A stretch of DNA of 64,000 bases from Octopus vulgaris. Lineage: Eukaryota. Position 1 is the stretch's first letter. Every line of letters starts with the position of its first letter. The stretch covers positions 37,696,001 through 37,760,000 of the forward strand of contig OX597829.1 of assembly GCA_951406725.2 (NCBI GenBank), read 5' to 3'. The position numbers and the translations under genes were made by a program. The notes under the pieces were generated by a model. It had not been told where the DNA came from. It searched no databases and saw only the letters and a program-made list of their open reading frames with translations. Below, one piece after another: positions 50,193-64,000 of the stretch.

Positions 50193-52039
50193 GGTTAGAT
50201 GAATGTGGTAATAAGACATTGTTTTGCCACCAGATGTCCTTCCTGATACTAACACTTATCTGCTTTTCCAGTGAGGGGCAAATAATTCCTCGCAGCTTTG
50301 AAAGCACAAAAAGAGCAGGTGATTCATTGACAGTAACACCATCAATAAGCTGTCTTGAATTCAAGAATTTTACAGTGCTTCAGTAGCAAAGTAAATTCAT
50401 GAAACTTAAAGATTGATATGTGAGGGTGTATTATAGCTTGTGTTGTTGTTTAGTCTCATGTGATCCCCAATAGAAAAAACAATGACCAAAGGAGTTCCAA
50501 CCATGACCACCCAGAACTTCACTGATCAATGTGCTCTTCTTTTTTGTTAAGGTCACATAATTTGGCTGCTATTTCAAACATGGCAAGCAACCATATAAAA
50601 ACTCACTCTGTAAAGATTAACTAGTAATGAAAATCACGACTATGTAGTGACCTTCATCAATTGTCTTCAATTATATTTACATTAGTGATACTCCGATTGA
50701 GCAAGGGAATTTTAATTAATTCAGAGAGGTCAATTTAAAAAGAAATATATTAGTGTTAATTTAATCTCTAAAGAATATTCTTTTTTCCTACACCAAAAAA
50801 TGTACAATCTTTTACTAGGTAATTTTTTTCATCACTATTTCAGCAAGCATGGTGGAGTCTATATATGATGAAGTCTGAATAAGACTGAAATATGTCTTGA
50901 GTTGTATGCTGTAATTGCTGGAGAAATAAAAATAAGTTTTACTTGTTATCATTTAGCTTCACTTTGACCAAGATTGAGAATACCAGTAACTGAAAGGGCC
51001 TAAGCTCTGACAATCTCCTACCACACTTTTTTTATGAACATAATGTATCTAGGATTGCACAATTTAATGTATCGTTTATTTTTGATAGGACAGTATAGTG
51101 TTATTAGAAAGAGATTTAATGAATCTAGGACTACATCTTTTAACGGGTCCCTCACTGTTAATCAGGCAGTGCAAAGTGATTTAAAGATTTAATTGCTATT
51201 TCTAACAGGTCGAGTGACCACACAGAAACTCTCTCATTAACTTCCAAGATGTTATTTTGATATGCCTGACACTTTTGTTGATAGTAAAATTATGAAGAAT
51301 TCAAGTAGTGAAAATATTGATCTTTTCCCAAGAGAATTAACTAGACTGAATATGTACTAAAATATTTAAAAAATTACTTTCCAAAGATATGAATTAATAA
51401 ATATGAAAACAGAGTCATATCGATACATATTTAGTTTTGCTGAGAAATTAGGCTAAGAGATTAGACCAGAGAGTTTTCTGGCAACATGGTAAGTGAATCA
51501 GACAAACTAGTTTTGTCTTTGTGAAAGCTCAATAGAATTTGTTCACCCTTCTCTCTCTCTCTCTCTCTCTCTCTCTAGTTGTTTTAATACCTCAGTAATT
51601 AATGTCAAGTAGTCAAACTTCATACCATTATGTAACTGAATCATATTTTCATTCTTGTCTACATTTTAGCTTCCCACACATATCCCATTTGGCAGCTTGG
51701 AAGTGGTACATTTAGCAAAACCCCTGCTGAGTATTAGGATAGGCAAAAGTAGTCAGTTCATCCTCATTGTATAGTGCATTGCTTTCTAATAATCCTTTCT
51801 AAAATAGGTGCAAGTTGTGAAATTATGGGAGAAGAGGCCAGTTGATTCATGGGCCTCTGCTCAACTGGTACTTATTCTATCAATCCCAAATGGATGAAAG
51901 GCAAAATCAACCATGGAAGAATTCAGCCTTGTTTTCTAATAATGAGGTCTGGAAAATTAACAGCAAGGCTACCATATTTACATATTAATATAATGAAATC
52001 ACCAATATAATGGAGCCACCTTCAAATTTGGCCTTTTGC

Positions 52040-52245
52040 CAGCCTCATCTGGCCCCTGTGCTGGTGGCACGTAAAAAGCACCCACTACACTCATGGAGTG
52101 GTTGGCGTTAGGAAGAGCATCCAGCTGTAGAAACACTGCCAGATCAGACTGGAGCCTGGTGCAGCCTCCTGGCTTCCCAGATGCCGGTCAAATCGTCCAA
52201 CCCATGCTAGCATGGAAAATGGACGTTAAACGATGATGATGATGA
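52040..52245 (+). mobile_element. RTE-type LINE 3' tail
   Basis: GGCACGTAAAAAGCACCCACTACAC...GGACGTTAAACGATGATGATG. Confidence 0.85.
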
Positions 52246-52994
52246 AATTAATAATGTTTTATCTATTTTTAAAATTTTATTTAAATATGATACTCCCTAA
52301 ATAGTATAGGACTGCGAGAAGAAACCTCTTATTTGGCAAATTCTCTGGCATTGGACAGAGTAAATGCCTTTAGATATAGGTGTTAACAGGGAATATGAAA
52401 ATAAGATACCTTGGATTGAACACAGGCATAGCAGCTGACATTCACTTACCCTAAGATTACGGGTTAAATCATGGGAAGCAGCAGAGTGATTGTGCAGACT
52501 TGATGTCACTCACATTATGTTGAGCAGAGGGACCTCTGCAGAATCAATGGCTAGGAATACTGAGCCCCCAAAGAGTATAACTGCTGTTACCAACATATCT
52601 AGCAACAACAGACATCATTAATCAATGGAAAATTTCAATGATTCACATTAAAATAATCTGGACAAGCTGGAGCAAATGATGCTTATGATACTCTAAAAAA
52701 TTTTTGCTCCTGATGTTTCATATTAAATTTCTTGCATTATACACAATTAAGTACCTAACGGTATGATTCTGTGGAGGTGCATGACCTAGTGGTTAGGATA
52801 TCGGGATCACAATCATAAGATCATGTGTTTGATTTCTAAACCAGGCTACATTTTGTGTCCTTGAGCAAGTTGCTTCATTTCATGTTAGTCCAGTCTACTC
52901 AAATAAGAAAAAGAAAAAAAAAAGAGTACCAGCCTGGTACTGACTGATACAGTCTTTTCTCTCATCAGTTGTCACAAACCTAATATTCTGCAGA

Positions 52995-53206
52995 CCGCCT
53001 GACTGGCCCCGTGCCGGTGGCATGTAAAAGCACCCACTACACTCTTGGAGTGGTTGGCATTAGGAAGGGCATCCAGCTGTAGAAACTCTGCCAGATCAAG
53101 ATTGAAGCCTGGTGCAGCCATCTGGTTCGCCAGCCCTCAGTCAAATTGTCCAACACATGCTAGCATGGAAAGCGGACGTTAAACGACGATGATGATGATG
53201 ATGATA
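52995..53206 (+). mobile_element. RTE-type LINE 3' tail, near-identical to 40927-41130
   Basis: Direct visual alignment; (GAT)n end. Confidence 0.85.
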
Positions 53207-54063
53207 AAGAGTGGAAGGGTAAAGAAGGGGGTCAATATCTGCTTGTGATTAATTACATAGGTATGCAAAGCAATGAAAGCATGAACCTCATGCTTCCATC
53301 TGCTATTTGCTTGTGAGTGATGGCTACAGTTTTCTTTTTTATGATCATGAATTAAATATTTATTCTTAACCCCCACTACTACTGCCATCAGGATGTATTG
53401 TTACTTCAGTAAATTATTTAAAGATATACTTTGACTTGGGTAAGGAACCATTAACTGAATACTGTTAAGAATACATTATTAGTAAACAATAATGGAAAAA
53501 AAAAAAGGGTTAAAAATGGTCTGCAGAAAAATGGAAAATAGCTTTCTTTCATTATGGAAGTTCTAAATAAACAGAAATACATGTAACATATTTCCCTAGA
53601 GGTACACATCATTTCATATCTCTTTATACATACAATTCCCTGAGTGCTGATAGCAAGGAAAGAGAAAAAAGGCAGCTAAAGCTTAAAGGAAGAAACACCC
53701 CCACAGAACAGAATAACAACCAAATAATAACAACAAACAGAAAACAAAATCTGAAGCAAACAATGGTAATATTATTGCAAAAAAAAAAAAAAGAAAGAAA
53801 AAGAACAACCCCCACCCACCAAAAAACAAGGGCATCGACAACTATAATCATCAGAAAATAGGTGCCAAGCTAAAATAAGGATTGAATTACTGGAAGTAAC
53901 TTTTCTTTGGGTGTTATGCCAAAAAGTAAATAACACCATGTACCCTTATTAAGGGAACAAATGTTATGGGGTGACTTATTTATTTTCAACCCAACCAACC
54001 AACCAACCATCCTAATCCCATCTGCAAAGATTACAAGAAGGGGGAAAAAACAAAAGGGAAATG

Positions 54064-54106
<43 letters not shown>

Positions 54107-57100
54107 TAATAATAATAATGATAATATAAACTAATTCCTCTCCATCACCCAGGTAGGTAAAGAAAACAAAGAATAGAGAATGGATAATGATGGACTCTGC
54201 CACCAGCACCACCATGCTTGTTTACCTTGTAGTAAGGATTTTGCATTTTGTTTTAACTTCTTAGCAGATGTGAAATAGTTTTATTGTGAAATTATATGAT
54301 TCCATAGAATACAATGTTGGTGGAGGGTGGTATGGGACTGGGGGAACAACAATAAAAACAGCAATGTTTCTAATTACAATGCTATTAGAGATTCTTCTCC
54401 AGAAAAAAAAAAAAGAAAGGAAATCAAAACAAGTCTCTAATTACAGGAGAGCTTTCTAAGGTCTGTGTCTGATTTTATATTAAATGAAAGTAAATTTAGG
54501 GGGGGGGGGGGGACAAAAAGGACATTTTAAATTAAAGAGAAAAATAATAGATAATAGAGGGAAGAAGGAAATAATAACAGAAAGACATAAAATTGAATGA
54601 GAGATGGAGAGATGTAACATGAGAAGGGGAAATAACACAAAGAGAATGAGACAATAAATGATAGGAAAAGATGTGCAGCGAATAACAGAGAGAGAAGGGG
54701 GGAATGAGTGAGAGAGCAGTAGCGAGATAGATGTGATATGTGAAGGAGAAAGTGTGAGAGAGGAGTATACGTGAAAGAAAAAGAGAGACAGTAGTGAAAA
54801 TGAATGACATGATAAAATGATAAAGAATTTCCACTACAACTTAAGAAAATGAAAAAAAAAAAAAAAAAAAAAAGTTGGATATAACAAGATACATTCTTCT
54901 TGGCATTTTCAAAAAAAAAAGAACAAAAAGACTTTAACCTTTTTGATAACTCAACTTGAGATACTCTTGGGTCTTTTGCTGTTAACTCTCTCTCTCTAAT
55001 TCTTATTTAGTTATGTACCTAATGTTATTGGATACAAAACCTGACTGTTCTAAAATGTCTATATTTCAAATTAAAATCTTTTATCATTATTATATACAGT
55101 AACTTTTTGCCAGCATGGAAAATAGATGTTAAATGATGATGATGATGAGCCCTGGCTGAGCCCATGCTTGTTTTTATGATACAAAGTTGCCCGTTTTAAA
55201 ATGTTCGACTCTCTTCATATGCTTAGGTGTCAGTGACCGTGAACTCCCAAGCCCAAATTTGAAAATTGGAAAAGATATAGCAATGGTTTGCAATTACCTT
55301 CTGTAAGGGTATTTACTGTTTTCTCTGAATATCTCTTGCCTCCCAAGCTTACTCATAAAACACAGAGCCTATTAACCCCTTAGGCAGGGGTCACTTCACA
55401 TGACATCAGAGCATGTCTGCACACTAGCTAACTCGTATGACATGCCTGGGGATCAGCCCGCCACTGAATCCTGCATACCTTAGCCATAGGACCATTTTCT
55501 GCTATTTGACCCATATTTGGAGCTCTTGACAGGTACTACCACCCTGGGTCAGAGCACAGTTGAGAGTAGTGATGACTAAGAGGTAATTCCATAGTCTCCA
55601 AAATTTATGAGCTCCGAAGTTGGAGCCTCACAACCAGATCCAGTCTTAATGTCTAGTTCTGGACAAAATGTTCATATTTTATATTAAAACTATATATATA
55701 TATATATATATATGACGAGCTTCATTCAGTTTCCATCTACTAGATTCATTCACAAGACTTTGGTCAGACTGAGGTTATAGCAGAAGACACTTACCCAAGG
55801 TGCCATACGGTGGGACTGAACCTGGAACCATGTGGTGGGTAAGCAAGCTTCTCACCATACAGCCACTCCTGCACTTTATATGTTTTTTATTCTTATATTT
55901 ATTTCAGTCATTGGACTATAGCTAAGTTGGCATGAGAAAACCCATCAAGCCGAGTGAAATCGCTGGGCAATATGCTGTGCTTGAGAGGACCCGTCAAACC
56001 AAGTGAAATCGTAATCATGGCCAATGCCAGTGTCGCATATCTGGCATCTGAGCCAATGGCAAGTAAATCATGTCATACGGACTTAAGTGCTTTAATCAGT
56101 CACATGAACCCCATGTTGATTTCATTGATCTGCATATACTGAATCACTAAGTTATGGGACGCAAGCAATAATACTGGTTTTAAAGAGTGTAAGCATGAAC
56201 ACAAACACACACACACACACATACATACATACATACATACACCATGGATATCTGCATAGTTTCTACCTGCAAAATTTTAATCACAAAACGCCAATCAATA
56301 TGAATGACTAGTAGAAGTAACAGCAACTCTTAAAAATGCAAAGATTAACTAAAACTAACCCTTTACCCTAAGATAATTTCACAAATACATCATATCAGTC
56401 AAAATAATATCCTGGACTGTCTGTAAAATAATTTGTATTTTCCATCAAGGCATATAATGTGTGTGTGTGTGTGTGTGTGAAGGTGAATGGTTTAGTGGTT
56501 AGGGCATTTGGCTCACAGCCATAAGGTCATGAGTTCAATTCCTGGCAATGCATTGCGCCCTTGAGCAAGGCACTTTATTTCACATTGCTGTTGTTCACTC
56601 AGCTGGCAAAATTGAATAGTACCTGTATTTCAAAGGGCCAACTTTTTCACGCTCTGATGTAAAACAAGGACTAACTTGATATTACATACTGAAAAATAAA
56701 AAAAGATCTAACAAAACTCAAAAAAATCAAGTATCTTCAAAGAAAATTGTAATCAAGGAATACTGAATAATTTTCTTTTGCTGTAACAAAATCTAGATTT
56801 ACAATCAAATAAATCCAATCAATTTTGACACTGGTATGCGAAATAATATGTACGTACTCTCTCGCAGCTTAGTTAAAGGAAGAAAAGTTGGTCAATGCCC
56901 ATAAGCTTTAAAGAGTCTCTAAGACTAGTGGAGTGTGGAGAGAGAAACTACGACACATTAGACATCTTCAGTGTCATTGGATGCGATGTCTCTGGTTTGC
57001 AATTGACACACACACACAAACAAACAACTTTACTGTAAGACCTGGCTAAACCTAAAAAAATCTCTCAACTATATCTAGGGGGTTGATTTTTTTTTTCTTC

Positions 57101-57552
57101 CCTAGGAATTCCCTCACTAAGTATGCACCAATTCACCTTTCTAAAATAGCATGGCACTTTGTAACATGATGCTTGATTATAGTTTAGAATGCATGGATAG
57201 AGAGACAGCATAAGCAAATGAGGGATTCTTTAGCACAATAAAACACATCTAGTCCTTACTGTAAAAAAAAAGAAAAAGACATGCATTAAGTAAGATGACA
57301 TATACAGTAACAAAGTTAGTTTTCCTTTGTTGCTCTGTGTGTGTGTGCAGAGGGTGGGCAGTTGCTTATGTTTATGCTAGATGAGGAAGGACCACAAGAA
57401 TGTGGCAAATGTGAAAACACTCCAGTATGAGCCATCATGGAGAAATGGATGTAAAATAATGAGAATGAGGAGGAAACTGGTACAGTGCAATTGTGTCTGC
57501 ATCTGGTTCAACACCTATTTCATGGTTGGCCAATTAATCACACACATACATA

Positions 57553-57953
57553 TTCTTTCACTTGTTTCAGTCATTTGACTGTGGTCATGCTGGAGCACCG
57601 CCTTTACGTGAGCAAATCGACCCCAGCACTTATTCTTTGGAAGCCTGGTATTTATTCTATCGGTCTCTCTTGCCGAACCACTAAATGACAGGGATGTAAA
57701 CACACTAGCATTGGTTGTCAAGCAATGTTGGAGGGACAAACACAGAAACACAACCATACACACACATACATATATATATATACATATATACGACGGGCTT
57801 CTTTCAGTTTCCATCTACCAAATCCACTTACAAGGCTTTGGTCGGCCCAAGGCTATAGTAGAAGACACTTGCCCAAGGTGCCATGCAGTGCGACTGAATG
57901 CAGAACCATGTGGTTGGATAGCAAGCTACTTAACACACAGCCACTCCTACACC
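57553..57953 (-). mobile_element. SINE family A, full length
   Basis: Full-length match. Confidence 0.88.
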
Positions 57954-58538
57954 TATATATACACAAATACACAGACAGACAAATAGATATACATACACCG
58001 CTGCCGTCTGGAAATAAGATCCCAGCTAGAATGATTTTCACCAAATGTCAGCCAAGACAAACCTGGGGCTTAACAACAACAATACCCACCACTATAATGC
58101 CATCACTATTCTTCTCCCAGTCTCCACACATCTAACACATCTACCTACCTATCTATCTATATCACACTTCTTCTCATCCTTACTACTATTACACATATAT
58201 TCACAAACATGTATACATATACTTTTCTATATCTATACACAGCTGGCAGAAGTTCAAAGTAACTCAAGGGCTGGGTGTTAGCCCCTTTCTAACTTCTGTT
58301 GATGAAATATTGTATATCTAAGCAACAATCTTTTCCAACTACCACTTTTCTGAATGTCCTGAAGAAAGGGACTTCAAGCTGAAATATAGAAATACAAGAT
58401 ACAACTGCACCTTAGTTCCGTTTTCTTTACCTTTTGTAATTCACTTTGTACCTTCTCACATTGTTCAGGTTTTACAAAGCTACATTCTTTAATTTATATG
58501 CATACACACACACACACCTATATATATCCTTCTCCTAC

Positions 58539-58573
58539 GTTTCCGACGAAGAGCTCTGCTCGAAACGTTAAAC
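58539..58573 (+). ncRNA. Minimal hammerhead motif variant (CCGACGA core) within a short repeat at about 58528-58665
   Basis: gttt-CCGACGA-a-gagc-tct-gctc-GAAA-cGTT-aaac: stem I gttt/aaac, 4-bp stem II, palindromic AACGTT stem III, GUU triplet. Paralogue at 39013. Confidence 0.65.
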
Positions 58574-58830
58574 CCTCCTTCTTTCCTGAGCATCCAATAA
58601 TACTACATTTGTTCAACGTCCTCGCGTTGTTGTGTTTTTTTGTGCTTTCTTGTTTGGATTAACTAAAAATATATATATGTATTCATTCATCACCTCTGGA
58701 TATCCTTGTATAAATATATATATGTAAATGTGACAATTATTCAGCATGTCACATTATATTTATAGATAAATTCCTCTATTTACATAATATCGAGGTCTCT
58801 TTCATTCTTTTGTTGTCTTACCATTTCTAT

Positions 58831-58869
<39 letters not shown>

Positions 58870-58873
<4 letters not shown>

Positions 58874-59172
58874 AGCATTCTGTCAGTTACGACAATGAGG
58901 GTCCCAGCTGATACGATTAACAGAACGGCTTGCTCATGAAATTAACGTGAAAGTGGCTGAGCACTCCACAGACACATGTACCCTTGATGTAGTTCTCAGG
59001 GAGACAAGGCTGGCCCTTAGAAATACATGTTCTACTCATTTTTGCCAGCTGAATGGACTGGAGCAACATGAAATAAAGTGTCTTGCTCAAGGATACAACA
59101 CATCACCAGGAATCGAACTTGCAACCTTACAATCATAAGCCAAATGCCCTAACCACTAAACCATGCACCTTC
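58870..59172 (-). mobile_element. SINE with the family D head and core but a different tail
   Basis: GGAGCAACATGAAATAAAGTGTCTTGCTCAAGGA...GGAATCGAAC...CCCTAACCACT. Confidence 0.7.
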
Positions 59173-59518
59173 ACACACACATTATCTATATATCTATCTA
59201 TATATATATATATACACGCATACACACACATATATATTCAAAAATTGCACAGAAAGATGACAAGGGAACACATTTGGAAAATTCACACAGAAGACATGGA
59301 CATGCTCTTTCCTAATCAGTTATCATCTACAAATTAACCACTTGGAGATTTTGGGTAAAATTATACTAATGTGTCCTAATTTAATAAAATTCTATGTCTT
59401 TGTGCAGCTGAAGATTGCTCTACATTTTAAATCGATGTAATGTTTGCATTGTTCAATTAAATGGAGTCACATGAAACGATCGTACTGCATTGCCTCTGGA
59501 TATCCTTGTTGCTTATTT

Positions 59519-59558
<40 letters not shown>

Positions 59559-60111
59559 GAGAGAGGAAGAGAGAGAGAGAGAGAGACATATGCATTACAT
59601 ACATAACAAACTCATGCATATACATGTATGACAAGCACACATGCATGTACTTATACCCAGAAATATATTCAACCAGATAAATTTCAGTAAGGCAAAGTAG
59701 ATCTTCAACCAGATTCTCCAAATGGTGTCTAATCTTCATCACTGCCACCACCTCCAACTACAATCACCATCATCATCATCATTATCAACATTAATAATGA
59801 GTACCGACCACACCACGACTTCCTATCACCGTTTCCACAACCAAAGGCACAACACCTCAGTCTCCACCAACATCGGCTTACTGTCACCACTAGCATCGTC
59901 ATCACACGCATGACTGCTCATCACTGCCCACCACCGATGCCATCATCACTACTGTCTGGAGAGATTTCCATCAAATGTCATCCAAGACAAACCTGGGGTT
60001 TAACAACACCACCCACCACTGTAATGTCATCACTATTCTTCTTCCAACCTCCACACACCTAACACTCACACCTATCTACATACACACACACATATACATA
60101 TACATGTGTGT

Positions 60112-60400
60112 GGAGGCGCAATGGCCCAGTGGTTAGGGCAGCAGACTCGCGGTCGTAGGATCGTGGTTTTGATTCCCAGACCAGGCGTTGTGAGTGTTTA
60201 TTGAGCAAAAACACCTAATTCCCCACGAGGCTCCGGCGATCCCTGCTGTACTCTTTCGCCACAACTTTCTCTCACTCTTTCTTCTGTTGGCCTGCTCGCT
60301 TAGCCAACGGGGTGGCGTCATTTGAAGGCTAAAACAATGTGAAGCGCATTGTGACTAGCGATGTGTAACAACATCTGATAGCCTGGTCGGTCATGGTGAT
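60112..60400 (+). mobile_element. SINE family C
   Basis: Head GGAGGCGCAATGGCCCAGTGGTTAGGGCAGCAGACTCGCGGTCG. Confidence 0.85.
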
Positions 60401-60483
60401 ATATATATATATATAACAGCGGTGCATCAGCATGGCCACAGCTCTTAGCTGGGACATAAAAAAGAAAATATATATACATATAT

Positions 60484-60901
60484 AGGTGTAGGAGTGGGTG
60501 TGTGGTAAGTAGCTTGTTTACCAACCACATGGTTCTGGGTTCAGTCCCACTGCATGGCACCTTGGGCAAGTGTCTTCTACTATAGCCTCGGGCCGACCAA
60601 AGCCTTGTGAGTGGATTTGGTAGACGGAAACTGAAAGAAGCCCGTCGTATATATATGCGTGTGTGTGTTTGTGTGACTGTATTTGTCCCCCTAGCATTGC
60701 TTGACAACCGATGCTGGTGTGTTTATGTCCCCGTTACTTAGCGGTTCGGCAAAAGGGACCGATAGAATAAGTACTGGGCTTACAAAAGAATAAGTCCCGG
60801 GGTCGAGTTGCTTGATTAAAGGCGGTGCTCCAGCATGGCCGCAGTCAAATGACTGAAACAAGTAAAAGAGTAAAGAGTAAAAGAGTAAAGAGTAAAAAGA
60901 G

Positions 60902-60903
<2 letters not shown>
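60484..60903 (+). mobile_element. SINE family A, full length, with an expanded (AAAGAGT)n tail
   Basis: Full-length match. Confidence 0.9.
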
Positions 60904-60958
<55 letters not shown>

Positions 60959-61106
60959 CATACATACATACACACACTTCTTCCTATCCTCACTACTATC
61001 ACCAGTATCATCATCATCAAAAGTAATTTCAAAAATTATTCAGGAAGTGTGTATGAATCATATACATATGCGTGTGTGCACGCAGGCATTTGAGTGTAAG
61101 TGTGAA

Positions 61107-61139
<33 letters not shown>

Positions 61140-62469
61140 TGAATCATATATATCTATATATACATACATTATCAAATAGATACAATCAGTAAATCGCATG
61201 TTAAGAAGGAAGTTATGGAGTATATTTTATTTTATTTTATTTTATCTATGACTACTTCAGCAGGACTGGGTGTGTAGTTCCCCCTTATCCTCACCAAAAC
61301 GTCCCCGCCCCTACACACATGCAACCACATCCACAAACCATCTTATTATCTGTGATAATATATTTGCTCATTTAGGATCTCAGACATTTTATGATGTAAG
61401 AGAACAGTTGATATCTCGTTCCCCCACCACCACCACCACCACCCACACCTTTTATCAATGTTACAATGGAAAGAAGAAAGAAAAAAACAGAAAAAAAAAG
61501 CAAGTAAGATTCCGTCAGATATCTTTTGTGATCAAAGACAAGATAAAATGGATAATGCCAGTCAGAGAATCAACAGAGTCATAAGAGTGCCAGATAAAAA
61601 TTCCTTCTGGTGTTCTTGTTCTGCTTTTCTGCACTCCGTGTTCAAATCCCACAGTGGGATGCAATGGGGTTGATAAATGAAATACCAGTCCAAGGAGCAG
61701 TGGATTGGCAGGATTTGCTAGCACATCAAGTAAGATATCTCATCTTTATATAATCTAGTATTTATATAATAATCTACTATAAATTTCTTGAGTACAGGTA
61801 TGGTTAATAAGCAATTTGCCAAAAGTTTGGAGGGAGAAAGTCATCAATAAGTGATATACACATGTACACACGTGCACACACATACAAATCGAAAGCAAGC
61901 ATGAGTAGAATATGATTCTCCACTTGTCAAGGTAAGCATTATCTCTAGACGAGAGTCAATTCAGGTTATTATGGGGAATCCATCCATCCATCCACCCATT
62001 GATTGATTATTATTGATGCATTGTCATTCAGAGGTGTTGCCATCCATGCTTTGCTTGGCGCTGAGAGTTGGTGAGCCCTTTAGAGAACTTTTACTTCACC
62101 TAAGGATATGTTGAACCTAATCTTTACTGCCAGTGCCCACACAACATATGGGTGTATATATACACACACACACACACAAAAATAAATAAGAAGTTAAAAA
62201 AGTTGAAAGATGATAGCCACACACACAGTCCTACTACAACATCACACACACACACACACACACACTACTGGGTGGCTGTTGACTTTCCTGAGTTTCTCCA
62301 CCCCTTTTTGACAGGTCTTGTTTTTCACCCTGCAGGGTATTCAATAAGCACCCTCTTTACCAAGCAAGCCCGGTGGGGGTCACCAGTTTAGTCTCTGACA
62401 ACCTGACAGGTTGTACTGTGTTACATATTGCCAGTAGCACTCAAGAACAACCTGACACTCAAAAGTGAC

Positions 62470-64000
62470 CTGACCTCCATATTTTCCACTAACTATTTCT
62501 GAGAGAGTCATGGAGGTAAAAATCCTCAGGCACCGCTTCCACAGGGTCCAATCAGAAGCAATTGTTATTACACTTTCCAGCAAGATTCCCAAGCCTGACC
62601 AACTGGGAATCTATGGTCAACTCCCAGGTCTCCTACCAGTTAGTTCAGCTTGAAGAGTCCATATTGCAATTCTTTCCTTTAACCTTGTAATTACATTTCA
62701 ATAGTTACTGGAATTATGACTACTCAATGCAGAAAAGCAGTGGCTCACTCTGAAAAGACACTGATCTCTGGGTTATATATATACATCCTGTTGAGTAACT
62801 TTCTTTCAGAGATTCTTCAGAGGAACCCTATCTTGGCCATTTGTATGTGCAATTGTGCTGTTTCAAATATTACCCAACATTTGTGACTATAGGTGAGGAC
62901 AGGCAACGGAAACCAAATTGAAGATAGCAATTTTGTCTTTTTTTATCAACTTCTCCTCTGAGGATCAAATACTGGTGCTTGCACATTACTATGTGTGCAT
63001 CTGCTATTCTAGTGTCCAATTCAACTTACTGCTTCCCATTACTCATGAATACAGCCCTGAGATACTTGAACGTCTCCACTTGGCTCAGTGATATTCCAAT
63101 AACATGTAGAGTGTATTGGAAAGACTTTCTTGAGAAGGTCAATGTCTTGTCTCAGTCTTTACAACATTAATTCTCTTCCTCGCTTGGCAGCTTTCACCAA
63201 CGAACCTATTCAATGCATGCTGGAGGTCATCTTCTGATGAGTCAAGTAGCACACTACACACTATAGCAGCCAATGAAAGCTAAACACTGACTGTGATGCC
63301 ATTTCCATAAGAGCTGCACGTGTCAATCCAGTTCATAAAAATTATGAAAAAGTATACACATTCCTGCTGAGGTTCAACTGCCATGTTGAAAGATTTTGAC
63401 TTATCACCATTTACCCAAACATAAATGTTCAGGCATTCATATAGGGACTTTGCAGCATCCAAAAGTTACTCATTAAACTCAAAATCATGCAAAGCCCTCC
63501 ACAGCATGTTTCATGACATTCAGTGGAAGGTTTGGCATGACATGCAATCACATGTCTTTCCAAAGTCTACAAAGCCTTTAAGCAATATTCCCACAATTTC
63601 TGGAAGACATACCATGAGTGAATATCTGGTTGGTTGTGCTGTGTCCAGGACACAAACCATACTGTACTTCAGTTTGGGATTGACAATTTCCTTACATTTC
63701 TTTTTCAGGTACCTAATGTACAATTGGAGATGCTCAACGATGAGATTCCTCAACAAAGAGATTCATCTATAATTAAAGTACTTTTTTTAATTGGGATTAC
63801 CATCCCAGATTGTCATTGCTTTGGTATCTTTTTCTAGAAGTGCAAGCCACCTGGCATACACAAATCAGCCAAAGACTACCGTCTGTGCTTAAAGTTTTTA
63901 ACATCTAAAGCAGGCCAAATTTCTTCCTCCTCAGTGACCTTGCCACTTTGTAGTGCTTACCCGGCTGAAACCGGCTCTGGCTCTGAGTACAAATGTCTTG
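62470..64000 (-). pseudogene. Decayed RTE-clade LINE reverse transcriptase, continuing beyond the window
   Basis: Minus-strand relic motifs GFVDFGKT.D, KSLYE, KSKSFNMAV...QQECV, FIIFMNWID and VETFKYL..VF.SNG...ELDTRI; many stops and frameshifts. Confidence 0.85.

Noticed and set aside
52297-52600. Unique-looking segment with minus-strand donor AGG|gtaagt at about 52449
   Set aside because: All frames from the nearest acceptor contain stops, and the listed ORF frame gives phase 0, incompatible with the supported exon.
60112-60190. tRNA-like sequences at SINE heads
   Set aside because: They continue into SINE bodies and lack a complete acceptor stem; not tRNA genes.

Overview
This is AT-rich, microsatellite-dense eukaryotic DNA. 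Its SINE and LINE repertoire points to an octopus (Octopus sp.) genome; that assignment is inferred from repeat content. It looks like intronic or 5' sequence of a large minus-strand gene. One well-supported coding exon lies at 5955-6244, with several weaker, phase-compatible candidate alternative first exons upstream. The rest is layered transposon debris: four tRNA-derived SINE families, RTE 3' tails, R4/Dong and L2/CR1-like LINE relics, Tc1/mariner/maT relics, hAT MITEs and two non-autonomous Helitrons. Nearly all ORFs in the supplied track are artefacts of SINEs or microsatellites. The most interesting signal is a set of unrelated short elements carrying minimal hammerhead-ribozyme motifs, often in inverted-repeat, Penelope pseudo-LTR-like architecture. 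One of them (27040-27525) joins a tRNA-derived Pol III head to a hammerhead and is bounded by a 13-bp target-site duplication, so it is a candidate retrozyme-like SINE. All calls were made by eye; no database searches or folding programs were run.
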